A DNA stretch of 64,000 nucleotides from Alteromonadaceae bacterium (GCA_047621305.1 JBLHNB010000012.1:11024-75023); one strand, 5' to 3'. Positions 10,909-22,803 are shown, numbered from the stretch's first letter. The notes: a model not told the origin generated them from the letters alone. Made by a program: numbers and translations.

Positions 10909-11925
10909 ATGATCATTGTACGCCCTATTCAAAAAAGTGATTATGATTCACTTCATCGAATTGCTATTGAGTCAGGACACGGCTTTACGTCCCTTCCAGT
11001 AAATGAAGCGTTACTAAAAAAACGTATTCATCATGCCGAAGAATCGTTTAATAAAACGGTTACTCAGCCAGGAAATGAAAGCTACTTATTTGTGATGGAA
11101 GATACCGAAACCGGCGACGTTGTTGGTACAAGTGGTATAGAGGCAGCAGTAGGCCTGGATGATGCATTTTATCATTATCACTTAGGTAAAGTTGTTCATA
11201 GTTCACGTGAACTTAATATTTACAATACCGTTGAGACATTATCTTTGTGTAATGACTATACGGGCGCTACAGAGATATGTACTTTATTCTTGAGTGAAAG
11301 CCATCGCAAGAATCGTAATGGTCGTTTCTTATCGCGCATGCGTTTTTTATTTTTAGCAGAACACGTTCAGCGTTTTTCGGAAACGGTTATTGCAGAAATG
11401 CGTGGTGTTTCTGATGATAGTGGTCGTTCTCCTTTTTGGGACTGGTTAGAAGAGCACTTTTTTTCTATGGACTTTCCCACTGCGGATTACTTAACGGGGA
11501 TAGGTAAAAAAGTGTTTATTGCTGAACTTATGCCAAAACATCCTATTTATGTTAATTTGCTCAGTACAGCCGCACAACAAGTAATTAATAAAGTACACAA
11601 AGATACCGTTCCTGCACTACGCTTGTTAGAAGCCGAAGGTTTTTCGAGACGTGGTTATGTGGATATATTTGACGGTGGACCAACGGTTGAAGCACAAAAA
11701 AATGCTATTAAAACAGTAAATCAAAGTAAAAGATGCCAGGTTATTATTGGCGATGTTACCACCACAGAAAAATATATTATTTGTAATACCCTAATAAGCG
11801 ATTTTAGAGCAGTACAAGCACCATTATTACTTCGTGAAACAGCCAATCAGGTGGTTATAACAGAGTCTATTGCACAGGCATTAGCTGTTAGTGAAGGTGA
11901 CTGGGTTCGCCTCATCGCAAACTAA
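10909..11925 (+). CDS. astA: Arginine N-succinyltransferase
   Basis: GFTSLP, EICTLFL, AEMRG, SPFW, DIFDGGP. Confidence 0.95.
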   Translation: MIIVRPIQKSDYDSLHRIAIESGHGFTSLPVNEALLKKRIHHAEESFNKTVTQPGNESYLFVMEDTETGDVVGTSGIEAAVGLDDAFYHYHLGKVVHSSRELNIYNTVETLSLCNDYTGATEICTLFLSESHRKNRNGRFLSRMRFLFLAEHVQRFSETVIAEMRGVSDDSGRSPFWDWLEEHFFSMDFPTADYLTGIGKKVFIAELMPKHPIYVNLLSTAAQQVINKVHKDTVPALRLLEAEGFSRRGYVDIFDGGPTVEAQKNAIKTVNQSKRCQVIIGDVTTTEKYIICNTLISDFRAVQAPLLLRETANQVVITESIAQALAVSEGDWVRLIAN

Positions 11926-11990
11926 CCACAAATACAATACACAATTATTTAGCTACGCCATTATATTTATGGAATAGTGAGGAACAACAT

Positions 11991-13460
11991 ATGTCAAACG
12001 CAATTCAGCTTATCAATGGTACATGGCAGGTCGGTTTAGGTCATGAAATTGTTTCATTAAATCCAGCCAAAAACGAAGTTATCTGGCGGGGCAATACAGC
12101 AACAGCTGAGCAAGTAGCAAGTGCCGTTATAAGTGCACGAAACGCATTTGAATCATGGTCAAACCAGCCCATTGAAACTCGTATTGCAGTGGCAACAAAA
12201 TTTGCTGAATTACTAGCTGAAAACAAAGAAGCATTTGCTACAACCATAGCGCAAGAAACGGGTAAACCACTTTGGGAAACACGTACTGAAGTTGGTGCTA
12301 TGGTCGGAAAAATCAATATTTCGGTAAAGGCAAATGAAGAAAGAACAGGCACAGTTGAAAACCCTATGCCTGGTGCAAAAGCCTTTATTCGCCATAAACC
12401 TCATGGTGTTGTTGCTGTTTTTGGCCCTTATAATTTTCCTGGCCATTTACCTAATGGCCATATCGTACCCGCACTTATTGCAGGTAATACCCTTATATTC
12501 AAGCCGAGTGAATTAACACCTAAAGTAGCCGAAGAAACACTTAAACTATGGCTAAAAGCAGGTTTGCCTGCTGGTGTGATTAACATGGTACAAGGTGAAG
12601 TGGATACCGGTAAAGCGCTTGCTAGGCACCCACAAATTGACGGTTTGTTTTTCACTGGTAGTTCAACAACTGGCCATTTGCTACACGAACAATTTGCAGG
12701 TCAACCGGGAAAAATACTAGCACTTGAAATGGGGGGTAACAACCCACTTATCGTTAACAACGTTACCGATATTAATGCTGTTGTTCATGATATTATTCAA
12801 TCATCATTTATCACTACGGGTCAACGTTGTACGTGCGCACGCCGCTTATTTATTGAAGTAGGTAAACAAGGCGATGCTATCATCGACAAGTTAATTAGCG
12901 CCACCAAAGCAATAAAAATTGGTTATTATGATGATAAAGAACAGCCTTTTATTGGTTCAATGATCTCAGAAAAAGCCGCATTAAGTTTAGTTGCTGCTCA
13001 GCAAGAACTATTAACGCTTGGTGGTACATCTTTAGTCATGATGGAGCACCTTGAAAAAGGTACGGGATTTATTTCTCCTGGTATCATTGATGTTACCAAT
13101 ATCAATGATATGCCTGATGATGAACATTTTGGACCTTTATTAAAGGTGTATCGTTATACTGATTTTGATGCGGCTATTGATGAAGCTAACAACACCTCAT
13201 TTGGTTTATCGGCTGGCTTGTTATGTGATAGTGAAGAATCATATAACCATTTCTTTAAACGTATTAGAGCGGGTATTGTTAATTGGAACAAGCCCATTAC
13301 AGGCGCAAGTAGCGCTGCTCCATTTGGCGGTATTGGTGCGAGTGGTAACCATAGAGCAAGTGCTTTTTATGCTGCTGATTATTGCGCTTACCCTGTTGCT
13401 TCAGTGGAAGCCGAAAAGGTTTCTTTACCAGCAACATTAAGTCCGGGTTTATCAATTTAA
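11991..13460 (+). CDS. astD: N-succinylglutamate 5-semialdehyde dehydrogenase
   Basis: [46 protein letters not shown]. Confidence 0.95.
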   Translation: MSNAIQLINGTWQVGLGHEIVSLNPAKNEVIWRGNTATAEQVASAVISARNAFESWSNQPIETRIAVATKFAELLAENKEAFATTIAQETGKPLWETRTEVGAMVGKINISVKANEERTGTVENPMPGAKAFIRHKPHGVVAVFGPYNFPGHLPNGHIVPALIAGNTLIFKPSELTPKVAEETLKLWLKAGLPAGVINMVQGEVDTGKALARHPQIDGLFFTGSSTTGHLLHEQFAGQPGKILALEMGGNNPLIVNNVTDINAVVHDIIQSSFITTGQRCTCARRLFIEVGKQGDAIIDKLISATKAIKIGYYDDKEQPFIGSMISEKAALSLVAAQQELLTLGGTSLVMMEHLEKGTGFISPGIIDVTNINDMPDDEHFGPLLKVYRYTDFDAAIDEANNTSFGLSAGLLCDSEESYNHFFKRIRAGIVNWNKPITGASSAAPFGGIGASGNHRASAFYAADYCAYPVASVEAEKVSLPATLSPGLSI

Positions 13461-13503
13461 TTGATACAGTAGACAAATGCGAAATATCCCCCTAATAAAT
13501 ATT

Positions 13504-13527
13504 GCTGGGCACCGTCCCAGCTTTTTT
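13504..13527 (+). terminator. Intrinsic terminator after astD
   Basis: GCTGGG-caccgt-CCCAGC followed by TTTTTT. Confidence 0.75.
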
Positions 13528-13667
13528 AAAAGCATAGATCAAATCTAATTATTCAATCGAATGGTTAGCAAACATACTTGTCTGAATTTCACCTATTCTT
13601 TACAAAAACGTTATGACCATTCATTAAACAAAATTCTAATTATTTATTCAGTTTATAGGATCGTCTC

Positions 13668-14474
13668 ATGATTACAAATAGCAAAAAAGTGGAAACATTA
13701 TTCTCAAATATATGGGATAACTACATAGCAGTAACGCCATCAGCTAGTAAGGTACATCAATTATTAGGCACAGGTAGTGATGTGATCAATGACCATGTTG
13801 CCTATCGAACATTTAATATCGGTAAAGTTAACATCGATAAGTTATCAGCCCAACTTATTAAGTTTGGTTACTATGAATGTGGTGAATATCATTTTGAAGC
13901 TAAACATTTATACGCCAAACACTTTGAGCACGAAAATAAGACACTACCTAAAGTATTTATCAGTGAATTACTTGTTGAAGCCTTCTCGCCCAAAGCACAA
14001 CAAATTATCCATAAAATGGTTAATAACATTGAACTTGACGCTATAACAAGTGACGACTTCCTTTATTCTGGTACTCATTGGCAAATCAGTTACGATGAAT
14101 ACCAAACATTATTAAAAGAAAGTGAATATGCCGCATGGCTTTCTGCATGGGGATATAGAGCTAACCATTTCACAGTAAGTATCAATCATTTAGCAAATTT
14201 TGACACTGTCGAAGCGGTAAATGAAGCAGTAAAGGCTGGCGGTTTTACTTTAAATACGACCGGTGGTGAAATTAAAGGTGATCAGTTTGTTATGCTTGAA
14301 CAATCATCAACCTTAGCCGATCATTTTCCAGTACAATTTTCAGATCAAACAGTGACGATACCAAGCTGCTTTTATGAATTTGCTAAACGTTACCCCTTAG
14401 ATAATGGTGAACTATACTCTGGTTTTGTAGCTGCATCAGCAGATAAAATATTTGAAAGTACAAACGCTGCTTAA
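13668..14474 (+). CDS. DUF1338 family protein (HglS/YdcJ-like Fe(II) dioxygenase family)
   Basis: NDHVAYRT, ESEYAAW, ANHFTVS, LEQSST, FYEFAKRY, ADKIFEST. Confidence 0.8.
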   Translation: MITNSKKVETLFSNIWDNYIAVTPSASKVHQLLGTGSDVINDHVAYRTFNIGKVNIDKLSAQLIKFGYYECGEYHFEAKHLYAKHFEHENKTLPKVFISELLVEAFSPKAQQIIHKMVNNIELDAITSDDFLYSGTHWQISYDEYQTLLKESEYAAWLSAWGYRANHFTVSINHLANFDTVEAVNEAVKAGGFTLNTTGGEIKGDQFVMLEQSSTLADHFPVQFSDQTVTIPSCFYEFAKRYPLDNGELYSGFVAASADKIFESTNAA

Positions 14475-14488
14475 GCTATATTTTATAA

Positions 14489-14533
14489 CGACTATCTCTG
14501 AAGTTACAGCGTTAGTAACTTGAGAGGTAGTCG
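14489..14533 (+). terminator. Long hairpin after DUF1338 gene
   Basis: CGACTATCTC-tg-AAGTTAC...GTAACTT-GAGAGGTAGTCG stem. Confidence 0.55.
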
Positions 14534-14837
14534 GATCAATTAACTTTTGATATATCAGGATTCACCAATAAAATCATTTCAATGTTATCAGCACCTGTTA
14601 TTCAAATAACTCCTATTAGAAACCGCTCCGATATAAACTCGTGTAGTTTTATTTTTTCTATCTGCGACAAAGAAAAGCTCAATAAATTATAAGCAACTAA
14701 TATTCATTCACTTATGTTCAATCCTTTATCAATCTCATCATAAATACAGTTCATCACTCAATTTTTGTCTGTACTTGATTCTTAATTATGACTAGAGTGA
14801 GTAGTATGAATACATTTAAAAATTGATTAATTATTTT

Positions 14838-15191
14838 ATGGTTACAGATACTGACGGTTACATTCACATCATTGAGTATTTAACTGAACACTTGAGTTTA
14901 TTTGAGCAGCCGGTAACAGCGGAGTATGGTGCCGATACTGTTATGGCTGTTATTGAACAAGAACTTAGCGATCTAATCATTGCTGTATGTACACAAAACA
15001 ATGCTTTATCGTTTAACCAAAGAAATACGATTATCAGAGAAGTTGATGCCATCGTATATGACCTAGAGGAAATACTATCGGGTGTAGTAAATAATCCGAT
15101 TAATATAGAGCAGTTAACATTTATCAAAGAATTGTCGCTACTTATTAAAAATCTCTTTGATGGCGAAATACATAATCAGTTTTTATCTTAG
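14838..15191 (+). CDS. DUF3802 family protein
   Basis: MVTDTDGY..IEYL start resembles the Vibrionales/Alteromonadales DUF3802 family; ATG at 14838 preferred over upstream TTG. Confidence 0.6.
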   Translation: MVTDTDGYIHIIEYLTEHLSLFEQPVTAEYGADTVMAVIEQELSDLIIAVCTQNNALSFNQRNTIIREVDAIVYDLEEILSGVVNNPINIEQLTFIKELSLLIKNLFDGEIHNQFLS

Positions 15192-15313
15192 GCAGCTAAC
15201 GCATTTTTATCTGATTGATTATCTCTGCATTCGTTATTCGTGCTCACGATTTTTAATTTTTTACGCATAAGAACTCTCCTTATCAGAAAAATAGATATAC
15301 TCTATAACACATC

Positions 15314-15476
15314 TAATACCAATTAAATTAAAGTAGTGATCAATTATAAGCAAGGGTAAATATTCAATAACAAGGCGCTTTAATGAGCAATAGCAGGCTA
15401 TTAGGATTAAAGGCAACGTGGGTATTGGCTATTTATAGCGCTATACAAAGATCGGTTCATTATTTCAATTGGTTTA
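15314..15476. mobile_element. Degenerate MITE (ERIC-like repeat family)
   Basis: Imperfect TIRs TAATACCAATTAAAT / ATTTCAATTGGTTTA, about 163 bp; central core shared with the 15922-16082 element. Confidence 0.55.
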
Positions 15477-15501
15477 AATCATTAATTTTGGAAGTACTAA
15501 A

Positions 15502-15906
15502 TTGAAAGCTACAGTAAAATGGGTTGAACAAGAGTTATTTATGGGTATATCAGAAAGTGGTCATACCCTTATGTTAGATGCTAATGGTGGAGAACTTGCT
15601 CCTAGCCCTCTAGAAAATGTACTTATATCGTTAGGCGGGTGTTCATCTGTTGATGTTGTTAGTATATTGCAAAAAGCACGTCAAACGTTAACAGCATGCC
15701 ATGTAGAGATAACAGGAAGTCGCGTAGAAACGGTCCCTAAGCTTTTTTCGGACATACATTTACATTTTGTAGTGCGAGGTAGTGATATTAATAAAAAGCA
15801 TGTAGAGCGTGCTGTCAGCTTGTCTGCCGACAAATATTGTTCTGTGGCATTAATGCTTCATAAATCAGTTAACATAACGCACGATTTTTCGATTATTAAT
15901 GATTAA
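15502..15906 (+). CDS. yhfA: OsmC-family protein (YhfA-like)
   Basis: SESGH, PSPLE, GGCSSVDVVSILQK, SADKYCSV; adjacent to prkB as in enterobacteria. Confidence 0.85.
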   Translation: MKATVKWVEQELFMGISESGHTLMLDANGGELAPSPLENVLISLGGCSSVDVVSILQKARQTLTACHVEITGSRVETVPKLFSDIHLHFVVRGSDINKKHVERAVSLSADKYCSVALMLHKSVNITHDFSIIND

Positions 15907-15921
15907 CCGCGGTTTATAATA

Positions 15922-16082
15922 TATACCCGTGGTCATTGAAGATGCGTGATTTTGAGCATGGCTAAAAATTTTAGCTACAAGATGCATGATTGAGTAATAG
16001 CGTGCTATTAGGATTGAATGCAACGCAGTAGATGAGGTTTTTAGACTGTTCAAAACCTGCATCTTCAATAAGTACGGGTATA
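15922..16082. mobile_element. MITE, ERIC-like, TA-flanked
   Basis: TIRs TATACCCGT..ATTGAAGATGC / GCATCTTCAAT..ACGGGTATA; 161 bp, non-coding, between convergent genes. Confidence 0.75.
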
Positions 16083-16107
16083 GACCTATAAAGACATTTA
16101 TCTATTT

Positions 16108-17007
16108 TTATAGGTCGCTCATCCAATCTAACTGCTTATCAGCCTCACCTTTTTTATACATAAGGTTTTGAATAAGTGGTGTTAATAACAACTCCATGGT
16201 TAAACCCATTTTACCGCCAGGAACTACCAAGGTATTTATCCGGGACATAAAAGCACCGTCAATCATTGATAAGTAATAAGGAAAATCGACACTGGTACCT
16301 TCCCTAAAGCGTATAACAACAAAACTTTCATCAAGTGTTGGTATCGCTTTAGCGCTAAACGGGTTTGATGTATCAACCGTTGGCACCCGTTGGAAGTTTA
16401 TATGAGTTCTTGAAAACTGTGGTGTTATAAAAGATATATAGTCTTCCATACTGCGCACTATGCTCGCGGTTACCGCCTCTCGACTATGCCCTCGATAATT
16501 AGTATCTCTGACTATTTTTTGAATCCATTCTAAATTAACAATCGGTACCATACCAATTAAAAGGTCAACATGCTTAGCTACATCGTTTTTGGTAGTTACT
16601 ACGCCCCCATGAAGCCCTTCATAGAAAAGTAAATCAGTTCCTTCTCCCAGTTCCTCCCACGGAGTAAAAGTGCCCGGCATTTGATTATAAGGTACCGCTT
16701 CATCGAAAGTATGTAAGTACTTCCTCATTTTTCCCCGACCTGTTTCAGAGTAATCCCGAAAAAGTTTTTCTAACGAATCAAAATCATTAGCTTCGTCACC
16801 GAAATAACTAACATTGCGTTTATCTTCACGTGCTTTCCTTTTTTCGAGATCCATTTCTTGGCGTGAATAGCGATGAAAGCTATCTCCTTCAACATTAGAA
16901 GAAGTAATGCCTAATGTACGAAAAATATGTTTGAACGAATCAGTTGTTGTTGAAGTTCCAGCACCTGATGAACCTGTAACCGCAATGATTGGATTTCGTG
17001 ACGACAT
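16108..17007 (-). CDS. prkB: Phosphoribulokinase-family protein
   Basis: AVTGSSGAGT P-loop, EGDSFH, YEGLHG, NFQRVPTVDTSNPF. Confidence 0.92.
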   Translation of the reverse strand: MSSRNPIIAVTGSSGAGTSTTTDSFKHIFRTLGITSSNVEGDSFHRYSRQEMDLEKRKAREDKRNVSYFGDEANDFDSLEKLFRDYSETGRGKMRKYLHTFDEAVPYNQMPGTFTPWEELGEGTDLLFYEGLHGGVVTTKNDVAKHVDLLIGMVPIVNLEWIQKIVRDTNYRGHSREAVTASIVRSMEDYISFITPQFSRTHINFQRVPTVDTSNPFSAKAIPTLDESFVVIRFREGTSVDFPYYLSMIDGAFMSRINTLVVPGGKMGLTMELLLTPLIQNLMYKKGEADKQLDWMSDL

Positions 17008-17098
17008 ACTTACATACCATAAAAATAGGGGATAGTTGTTATACGAGGTATATTGAAGCTGGTCAAGTTTTTCGCAAAAATACTATTTAATAGACAAT

Positions 17099-17124
17099 AA
17101 AAAACGGAGCCTAGGCTCCGCTTT
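17099..17124 (-). terminator. Alpha operon terminator
   Basis: CGGAGC-ctag-GCTCCG followed by a T run on the minus strand. Confidence 0.85.
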
Positions 17125-17159
17125 ATAATTACGTAGAACTAACTTAGCTTAATGCTAAG

Positions 17160-17567
17160 TTATGCTTCTGCGCTAACTTCTTCAACTACTTCAACAGCTT
17201 CTTCAACTGCTGGGCGGTCTACAAGTTCAACATAAGCCATAGGTGCTTTATCACCAGTACGGAAACCACATTTTAAAATGCGAGTATATCCACCTGGGCG
17301 TTCTTGGTAACGTGCACCAAGTTCGTTAAATAAAATACCTACTACTTCTTTATCTTGTGTACGAGCAAACGCTAAACGGCGATTTGCAACACTGTCGGTT
17401 TTGGCCAATGTAATCAGTGGCTCAACAACCATACGTAGTTCTTTAGCTTTAGCAACGGTAGTTTTAATAATACCATGTTTTACTAAAGAACTTGCCATAT
17501 TGCGGAACATCGCTTTACGATGACTGCTATTACGGTTTAACTGGCGACCGCTTTTACGATGACGCAT
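17160..17567 (-). CDS. rplQ: 50S ribosomal protein L17
   Basis: [17 protein letters not shown]. Confidence 0.99.
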   Translation of the reverse strand: MRHRKSGRQLNRNSSHRKAMFRNMASSLVKHGIIKTTVAKAKELRMVVEPLITLAKTDSVANRRLAFARTQDKEVVGILFNELGARYQERPGGYTRILKCGFRTGDKAPMAYVELVDRPAVEEAVEVVEEVSAEA

Positions 17568-17613
17568 AAGTTAATCCTTATCTCAACTAACTATTAAAAA
17601 ACGAATGATCGAA

Positions 17614-18603
17614 CTAGTCGTTATCAGCGATACTTTCTGGTGGCCAGTTTTCTAAGCGCATGCCTAGAGACAAACCACGAGACGCTAAAACGTCCTTAAT
17701 TTCGGTTAATGACTTCTTACCTAAATTAGGTGTTTTAAGAAGCTCAACTTCAGCACGCTGTACTAAATCACCAATGTATTGTATTGCTTCTGCTTTTAAG
17801 CAGTTTGCAGAACGTACAGTTAACTCAAGATCATCAACCGGGCGAAGCAAAATAGGATCAAACAGTGGTTTTTCCTCTTTTGGTTCAACTTCAGTAATGT
17901 CTCGTAATTCAACAAATGCATCTAACTGTTCGGCTAGAATTGTTGAAGCACGACGAATAGCCTCTTCTGGATCCAATGTACCATCGGTTTCCATATCAAG
18001 AACTAATTTGTCTAAGTCTGTACGCTGTTCTACACGAGCAGAGTCAACATCATAGGCAATTCTTACAACAGGACTGAACGAAGCATCTACTAACAAACGT
18101 CCAATTGCACGATCTTCTTCCTCGGCATCACGGCGAGCCGACGCAGGAACGTAACCACGTCCCGTTTCAACTTTAATGCGCATATTCACTGAACCATCAC
18201 CTGTCAAATGACAGATTACATGATCAGGATTTGCAATTTCTACATCACCATCATGTTGAATGTCAGCAGCCGTTACAGGGCCTTCACCAGATTTAGTTAA
18301 AGTAAGAATAGCTTGATCTTTGCCTTCTAAACTTATCGCTAATCCTTTAAGGTTCAACAATATTTCGATGATGTCTTCTTGTACACCCTCTTTACTACTG
18401 TATTCATGTAATACACCGTCAATTTCAACTTCAGTTACAGCACTACCTGGCATTGAAGATAAAAGAATGCGGCGTAACGCATTACCTAAAGTGTGACCAA
18501 AACCACGTTCTAGTGGCTCTAAAGTAACCTTAGATCGCGTTGAGCTAATGGTTTCAATACCAACCAATCGTGGTCTAAGGAATTCGGTTACAGAACCCTG
18601 CAT
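17614..18603 (-). CDS. rpoA: RNA polymerase subunit alpha
   Basis: [27 protein letters not shown]. Confidence 0.99.
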   Translation of the reverse strand: MQGSVTEFLRPRLVGIETISSTRSKVTLEPLERGFGHTLGNALRRILLSSMPGSAVTEVEIDGVLHEYSSKEGVQEDIIEILLNLKGLAISLEGKDQAILTLTKSGEGPVTAADIQHDGDVEIANPDHVICHLTGDGSVNMRIKVETGRGYVPASARRDAEEEDRAIGRLLVDASFSPVVRIAYDVDSARVEQRTDLDKLVLDMETDGTLDPEEAIRRASTILAEQLDAFVELRDITEVEPKEEKPLFDPILLRPVDDLELTVRSANCLKAEAIQYIGDLVQRAEVELLKTPNLGKKSLTEIKDVLASRGLSLGMRLENWPPESIADND

Positions 18604-18628
18604 ATATGTCCTCTCTTAAAGTGCAACT

Positions 18629-19249
18629 TTACTTAGAGTAAAGTTCAACAATCAACTGTTCATTAATTTCGGCAGATAGGTCAGAACGATCAGGAACACG
18701 TTTGAAAACGCCTTCCAATTTCTTATTATCAACTTCAACCCAAAGTGGTTTCTCACGTTGTTCAGCTAATTCTAAAGCAGCGACAATACGTGCTTGAGTT
18801 TTAGATTTCTCACGAATTGAAACAGCATCTTCAGCTTTAACAGTGAAAGACGGAATATTAACAACAATACCGTTGACAACTATAGCTTTATGGCTAACAA
18901 GTTGACGAGCTTCAGCACGAGTGCTGGCATAGCCCATACGGTATACTACGTTATCAAGACGTTTCTCTAAAAGTTGTAACAAGTTTTCACCTGTATTACC
19001 TTTTAGACGAGCCGCTTCTTTATAGTAGTTGCGGAATTGCTTTTCTAGTACGCCATAAATACGACGAACTTTTTGTTTTTCACGAAGCTGTACACCATAG
19101 TCAGACAAGCGACCGCGACGGGCACCATGTTGACCTGGGATAGTTTCGATTTTACATTTAGTGTCAATTGCTCTAACACCGCTTTTAAGGAACAAATCTG
19201 TACCTTCGCGGCGACTAAGTTTTAACTTAGGACCTAAATATCTAGCCAT
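18629..19249 (-). CDS. rpsD: 30S ribosomal protein S4
   Basis: [16 protein letters not shown]. Confidence 0.99.
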   Translation of the reverse strand: MARYLGPKLKLSRREGTDLFLKSGVRAIDTKCKIETIPGQHGARRGRLSDYGVQLREKQKVRRIYGVLEKQFRNYYKEAARLKGNTGENLLQLLEKRLDNVVYRMGYASTRAEARQLVSHKAIVVNGIVVNIPSFTVKAEDAVSIREKSKTQARIVAALELAEQREKPLWVEVDNKKLEGVFKRVPDRSDLSAEINEQLIVELYSK

Positions 19250-19281
19250 TTTCTTTCTCCAACATTCCTAAAAAGAGTCGA

Positions 19282-19671
19282 TTAAACGCGACGTTTCTTA
19301 GGAGGACGACAACCATTATGAGGAATAGGAGTAACGTCAGTAATGTTGGTGATTTTAAAACCAGCAGCATTTAAAGCACGGATTGCAGACTCACGTCCTG
19401 GTCCTGGGCCTTTAACGAAAACTTCAATATTCTTCAAACCAAACTCTTTTGCAGCAGCGCCAGCGCGATCTGCAGCCACTTGCGCAGCAAACGGTGTAGA
19501 TTTACGTGAACCACGAAAACCTGAACCACCTGCAGTTGCCCAAGATAGTGCATTACCTTGACGGTCTGTAAGAGTTACGATTGTGTTGTTGAAAGAGGCG
19601 TGGATATGAGCCATGCCATCAGCAACTTGTTTTTTTACGCGTTTACGCGTACGTACAGGTGTTTTAGCCAT
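19282..19671 (-). CDS. rpsK: 30S ribosomal protein S11
   Basis: [25 protein letters not shown]. Confidence 0.99.
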   Translation of the reverse strand: MAKTPVRTRKRVKKQVADGMAHIHASFNNTIVTLTDRQGNALSWATAGGSGFRGSRKSTPFAAQVAADRAGAAAKEFGLKNIEVFVKGPGPGRESAIRALNAAGFKITNITDVTPIPHNGCRPPKKRRV

Positions 19672-19684
19672 AATCTAGTTCCTC

Positions 19685-20041
19685 TTACTTCTTAATTGGC
19701 TTACGAGGACCTTTACGGGTACGCGCATTTGTTTTAGTGCGTTGACCACGTAGAGGAAGACTGCGACGGTGGCGAATACCACGGTAACAGCCTAAATCCA
19801 TAAGACGTTTAATGTTCATTGAAACTTCACGGCGTAAATCACCTTCTACGGTGTATTTATCCACTTCAGTACGAAGCAAATCAATTTGAGCTTCGTCTAA
19901 TTCACTGATCTTAGTTGTTTCTGCGATACCAGAAGCTGCACAAATTGCTTTCGCACGTGTTGCTCCGATACCGTAGACCGCAGTAATGGCGATTACTGCA
20001 TGCTTACGATCAGGGATGTTAATGCCAGCGATACGGGCCAC
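19685..20041 (-). CDS. rpsM: 30S ribosomal protein S13 (GTG start)
   Basis: [10 protein letters not shown]. Confidence 0.99.
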   Translation of the reverse strand: MARIAGINIPDRKHAVIAITAVYGIGATRAKAICAASGIAETTKISELDEAQIDLLRTEVDKYTVEGDLRREVSMNIKRLMDLGCYRGIRHRRSLPLRGQRTKTNARTRKGPRKPIKK

Positions 20042-20120
20042 TAATCACATCTCCTATTTTAGGTTAAAATTTGCAGGTTGAAAAGCCCGTTAGGATACTC
20101 AACCCACCACTTGTTTGCAA
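20010..20120 (-). ncRNA. Alpha-operon leader pseudoknot (S4 translational repression site)
   Basis: TTGAGTATCCT-AACGGGCTTTTCA resembles the E. coli alpha leader; ACGGGC can pair with GCCCGT just after the GTG start. Confidence 0.7.
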
Positions 20121-20129
20121 ATCGAAGCG

Positions 20130-20157
20130 GCATTATACAGAATATTCTGCATAATGC
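20130..20157 (-). promoter_or_regulatory. Alpha operon promoter -10 embedded in a 28-bp near-perfect palindrome
   Basis: Minus-strand TATAAT (20132-20137) plus GC-rich discriminator GCCGC; palindrome GCATTATACAGAAT/ATTCTGCATAATGC. Confidence 0.6.
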
Positions 20158-20171
20158 TACTTCTAAAAGAT

Positions 20172-20285
20172 CTAGCCTTGACGCTGCTTGTGTTTTGGCT
20201 CTACGCAAATTACGCGAACCACGCCTGAGCGTTTAACAACTTTACAGTTACGACAAATCTTTTTTACGGATGCACGAACTTTCAT
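20172..20285 (-). CDS. rpmJ: 50S ribosomal protein L36 (Zn-ribbon form); missing from ORF track
   Basis: Manual translation [37 protein letters not shown]. Confidence 0.98.
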   Translation of the reverse strand: MKVRASVKKICRNCKVVKRSGVVRVICVEPKHKQRQG

Positions 20286-20329
20286 CTTACTACTCCGCTT
20301 CTCTATAATAGAGAGTTAACTTGAGCTAT

Positions 20330-21655
20330 CTATTGGCCGTAGCCTTTAAGATTAGCTTTCTTAAGTACATTGTCATATTGATGAGACATCATATGCGTTT
20401 GTACTTGTGCCATAAAATCCATAATTACAACCACTACAATTAAGAGTGACGTTCCGCCAAAATAAAAATTGACATCCCAAGCTATAATTAAGAACTGAGG
20501 TACTAAACAGATAAAGGTAATATATAACGCACCCGCTAAGGTTAAACGTGTCATTACTTTATCTATATATTTAGACGTTTGCTCACCAGGACGGATCCCA
20601 GGAATAAACGCACCTGATTTTTTCAAATTATCTGCCGTTTCACGCGGATTGAAAACAAGAGCCGTGTAAAAGAAACAGAAAAATATGATTGCTGCTGCAA
20701 GTAACATAACGTACAACGGCTGACCTGGAGAAATAGCAATAGATACTTCTTGTAAAAAGTCAGCAACCATACCTTCACCCTGTCCAAACCAGCTCGCAAG
20801 CGTGCCTGGAAACAAGATAATACTTGAGGCAAATATAGGAGGAATAACTCCTGCCATATTCACTTTTAGCGGTAAATGTGTGCTTTGTGCAGCAAAAACT
20901 TTACGACCTTGCTGCCGCTTCGCATAGTTAACAACAATACGTCGTTGACCACGTTCAACAAATACCACAAAAAATGTCGTAGCAAATACGATTACGCCAA
21001 GCAACAATAATACTAATAAGTGCAATTCACCTTGACGCGCTGCCTCAGCTGTTTGACCAACAGCTGATGGCATACCAGCAACTATACCTGCAAATATTAA
21101 TACAGAAATACCATTACCAATACCACGTTCTGTAATTTGTTCACCTAACCACATTAAAAACATGGTGCCAGTGACCAAACTTACAACAGCGGCAAAGTAA
21201 AAACTAAATCCTGCATTCATCACTAGACCTGGCATCATGCCGGGTAAGCTTTTTGCTATCGCAATTGATTGTACAGTCGCTAGTACTAAAGTACCGTAGC
21301 GGGTGTATTGGCTGATTTTACGACGTCCAGCTTCACCTTCTTTCTTTAATTCTGCCATTGCTGGGTGTATTACCGTGAGCAATTGCATAATAATTGAAGC
21401 TGAAATGTACGGCATAATACCAAGCGCCAATACAGAGGCTCGCTCCAGAGCACCACCAGAGAACATGTTAAACATCTCTACGATAGTGCCCTGTTGTTGT
21501 TCAAACAACTGAGCTAATACAGCGGCGTCAATACCAGGAATTGGCACAAATGATCCTAAACGGAAAACTATTAGTGCTCCGAATACAAACCATAATCTTT
21601 GTTTAAGCTCAGACAATCCGCCTTTTGCTTTACTATCCGTACCTGGTTTAGCCAT
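20330..21655 (-). CDS. secY: Preprotein translocase SecY
   Basis: [36 protein letters not shown]. Confidence 0.99.
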   Translation of the reverse strand: MAKPGTDSKAKGGLSELKQRLWFVFGALIVFRLGSFVPIPGIDAAVLAQLFEQQQGTIVEMFNMFSGGALERASVLALGIMPYISASIIMQLLTVIHPAMAELKKEGEAGRRKISQYTRYGTLVLATVQSIAIAKSLPGMMPGLVMNAGFSFYFAAVVSLVTGTMFLMWLGEQITERGIGNGISVLIFAGIVAGMPSAVGQTAEAARQGELHLLVLLLLGVIVFATTFFVVFVERGQRRIVVNYAKRQQGRKVFAAQSTHLPLKVNMAGVIPPIFASSIILFPGTLASWFGQGEGMVADFLQEVSIAISPGQPLYVMLLAAAIIFFCFFYTALVFNPRETADNLKKSGAFIPGIRPGEQTSKYIDKVMTRLTLAGALYITFICLVPQFLIIAWDVNFYFGGTSLLIVVVVIMDFMAQVQTHMMSHQYDNVLKKANLKGYGQ

Positions 21656-21661
21656 TGTGTA

Positions 21662-22096
21662 CTATTCCTCGATCTTGCCACCAGCAGCTTCAATAGCTGC
21701 ACGTGCACCTTTAGTAACACCTAAACCACGAACCGTAATAGGACGGCTAATTTCACCAGACAACATAATCTTTGCTGTTTTGATGTTACGTGCAATTAGG
21801 TTTGCATCTTTAAGAGTAAAGATATCGACAACATCACCTGTGATGTTATTTAGTTCATGTAAACGTACTTCAGCGCGAACTAAAGATTTACGTGACGTGA
21901 AACCAAATTTAGGTAAACGTTGTTTCAATGGCATTTGACCGCCTTCAAAACCAGGACGCACACTACCGCCAGAACGAGATTTCTGACCTTTGTGACCACG
22001 ACCACCTGTTTTACCTATGCCAGAACCAATACCACGGCCACAGCGTTTCTTAGCTTTTTTAGAACCAGGTGCAGGAGATAAAGTATTTAAATGCAT
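21662..22096 (-). CDS. rplO: 50S ribosomal protein L15
   Basis: [15 protein letters not shown]. Confidence 0.99.
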   Translation of the reverse strand: MHLNTLSPAPGSKKAKKRCGRGIGSGIGKTGGRGHKGQKSRSGGSVRPGFEGGQMPLKQRLPKFGFTSRKSLVRAEVRLHELNNITGDVVDIFTLKDANLIARNIKTAKIMLSGEISRPITVRGLGVTKGARAAIEAAGGKIEE

Positions 22097-22098
22097 AA

Positions 22099-22278
22099 TT
22101 AATCCTCCACCTTAATCATATAAGATACTGTATTGATCATACCACGTACAGATGGAGTATCTTCTAACTCTACTGTATGACGGATACGACGTAATCCAAG
22201 ACCTTTGATCGTAGCTCTATGCTTCGGTAAACGACCGATAGAACTTTTAATTTGAGTTACTTTAACTGTTTTAGCCAT
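22099..22278 (-). CDS. rpmD: 50S ribosomal protein L30; missing from ORF track
   Basis: Manual translation [59 protein letters not shown]. Confidence 0.98.
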   Translation of the reverse strand: MAKTVKVTQIKSSIGRLPKHRATIKGLGLRRIRHTVELEDTPSVRGMINTVSYMIKVED

Positions 22279-22284
22279 GCTCGA

Positions 22285-22794
22285 TTACCCCAGTATGTCA
22301 GCAACGCTTTTGCCACGTTTAGCTGCAACAGCTTCAGGCGAATGCATATTCGCAAGAGCAGATACAGTAGCGCGAACTACGTTGATTGGGTTAGTAGAAC
22401 CGTATGCTTTTGACAATACGTTCTGAACGCCTGCAACTTCTAATACAGCACGCATCGCTCCACCGGCGATGATACCTGTACCTTCAGAGGCTGGTTGCAT
22501 GTAAACTTTAGAACCAGAATGACGGCCTTTAATGGCGTGTTGAAGAGTTGTACCCTTCAAGTCAACTGTTACTAAGTTACGACGCGCTTTTTCCATTGCT
22601 TTTTGGATTGCAGCAGGCACTTCACGTGCTTTACCGTAACCAAAACCAATGCGACCAGCACCATCACCAACTACAGTTAGTGCAGTGAAACTGAATATGC
22701 GACCACCTTTAACCACTTTTGAAACGCGATTAACGGCAATTAGCTTTTCAGCCATATCACTTTGTTGTGAGTTTTCTTGATTATGATTAGCCAT
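22285..22794 (-). CDS. rpsE: 30S ribosomal protein S5
   Basis: [16 protein letters not shown]; ATG at 22794 preferred. Confidence 0.98.
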   Translation of the reverse strand: MANHNQENSQQSDMAEKLIAVNRVSKVVKGGRIFSFTALTVVGDGAGRIGFGYGKAREVPAAIQKAMEKARRNLVTVDLKGTTLQHAIKGRHSGSKVYMQPASEGTGIIAGGAMRAVLEVAGVQNVLSKAYGSTNPINVVRATVSALANMHSPEAVAAKRGKSVADILG

Positions 22795-22803
22795 TATCAA
22801 CCC

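Noticed and set aside
15865-16068. 67-aa minus-strand ORF
   Set aside because: It lies almost wholly within the MITE and overlaps yhfA; no recognisable motif.
16108-17007. Phosphoribulokinase as evidence of carbon fixation
   Set aside because: It is the widespread prkB next to yhfA found in heterotrophic gammaproteobacteria; no RuBisCO or cbb genes are present.
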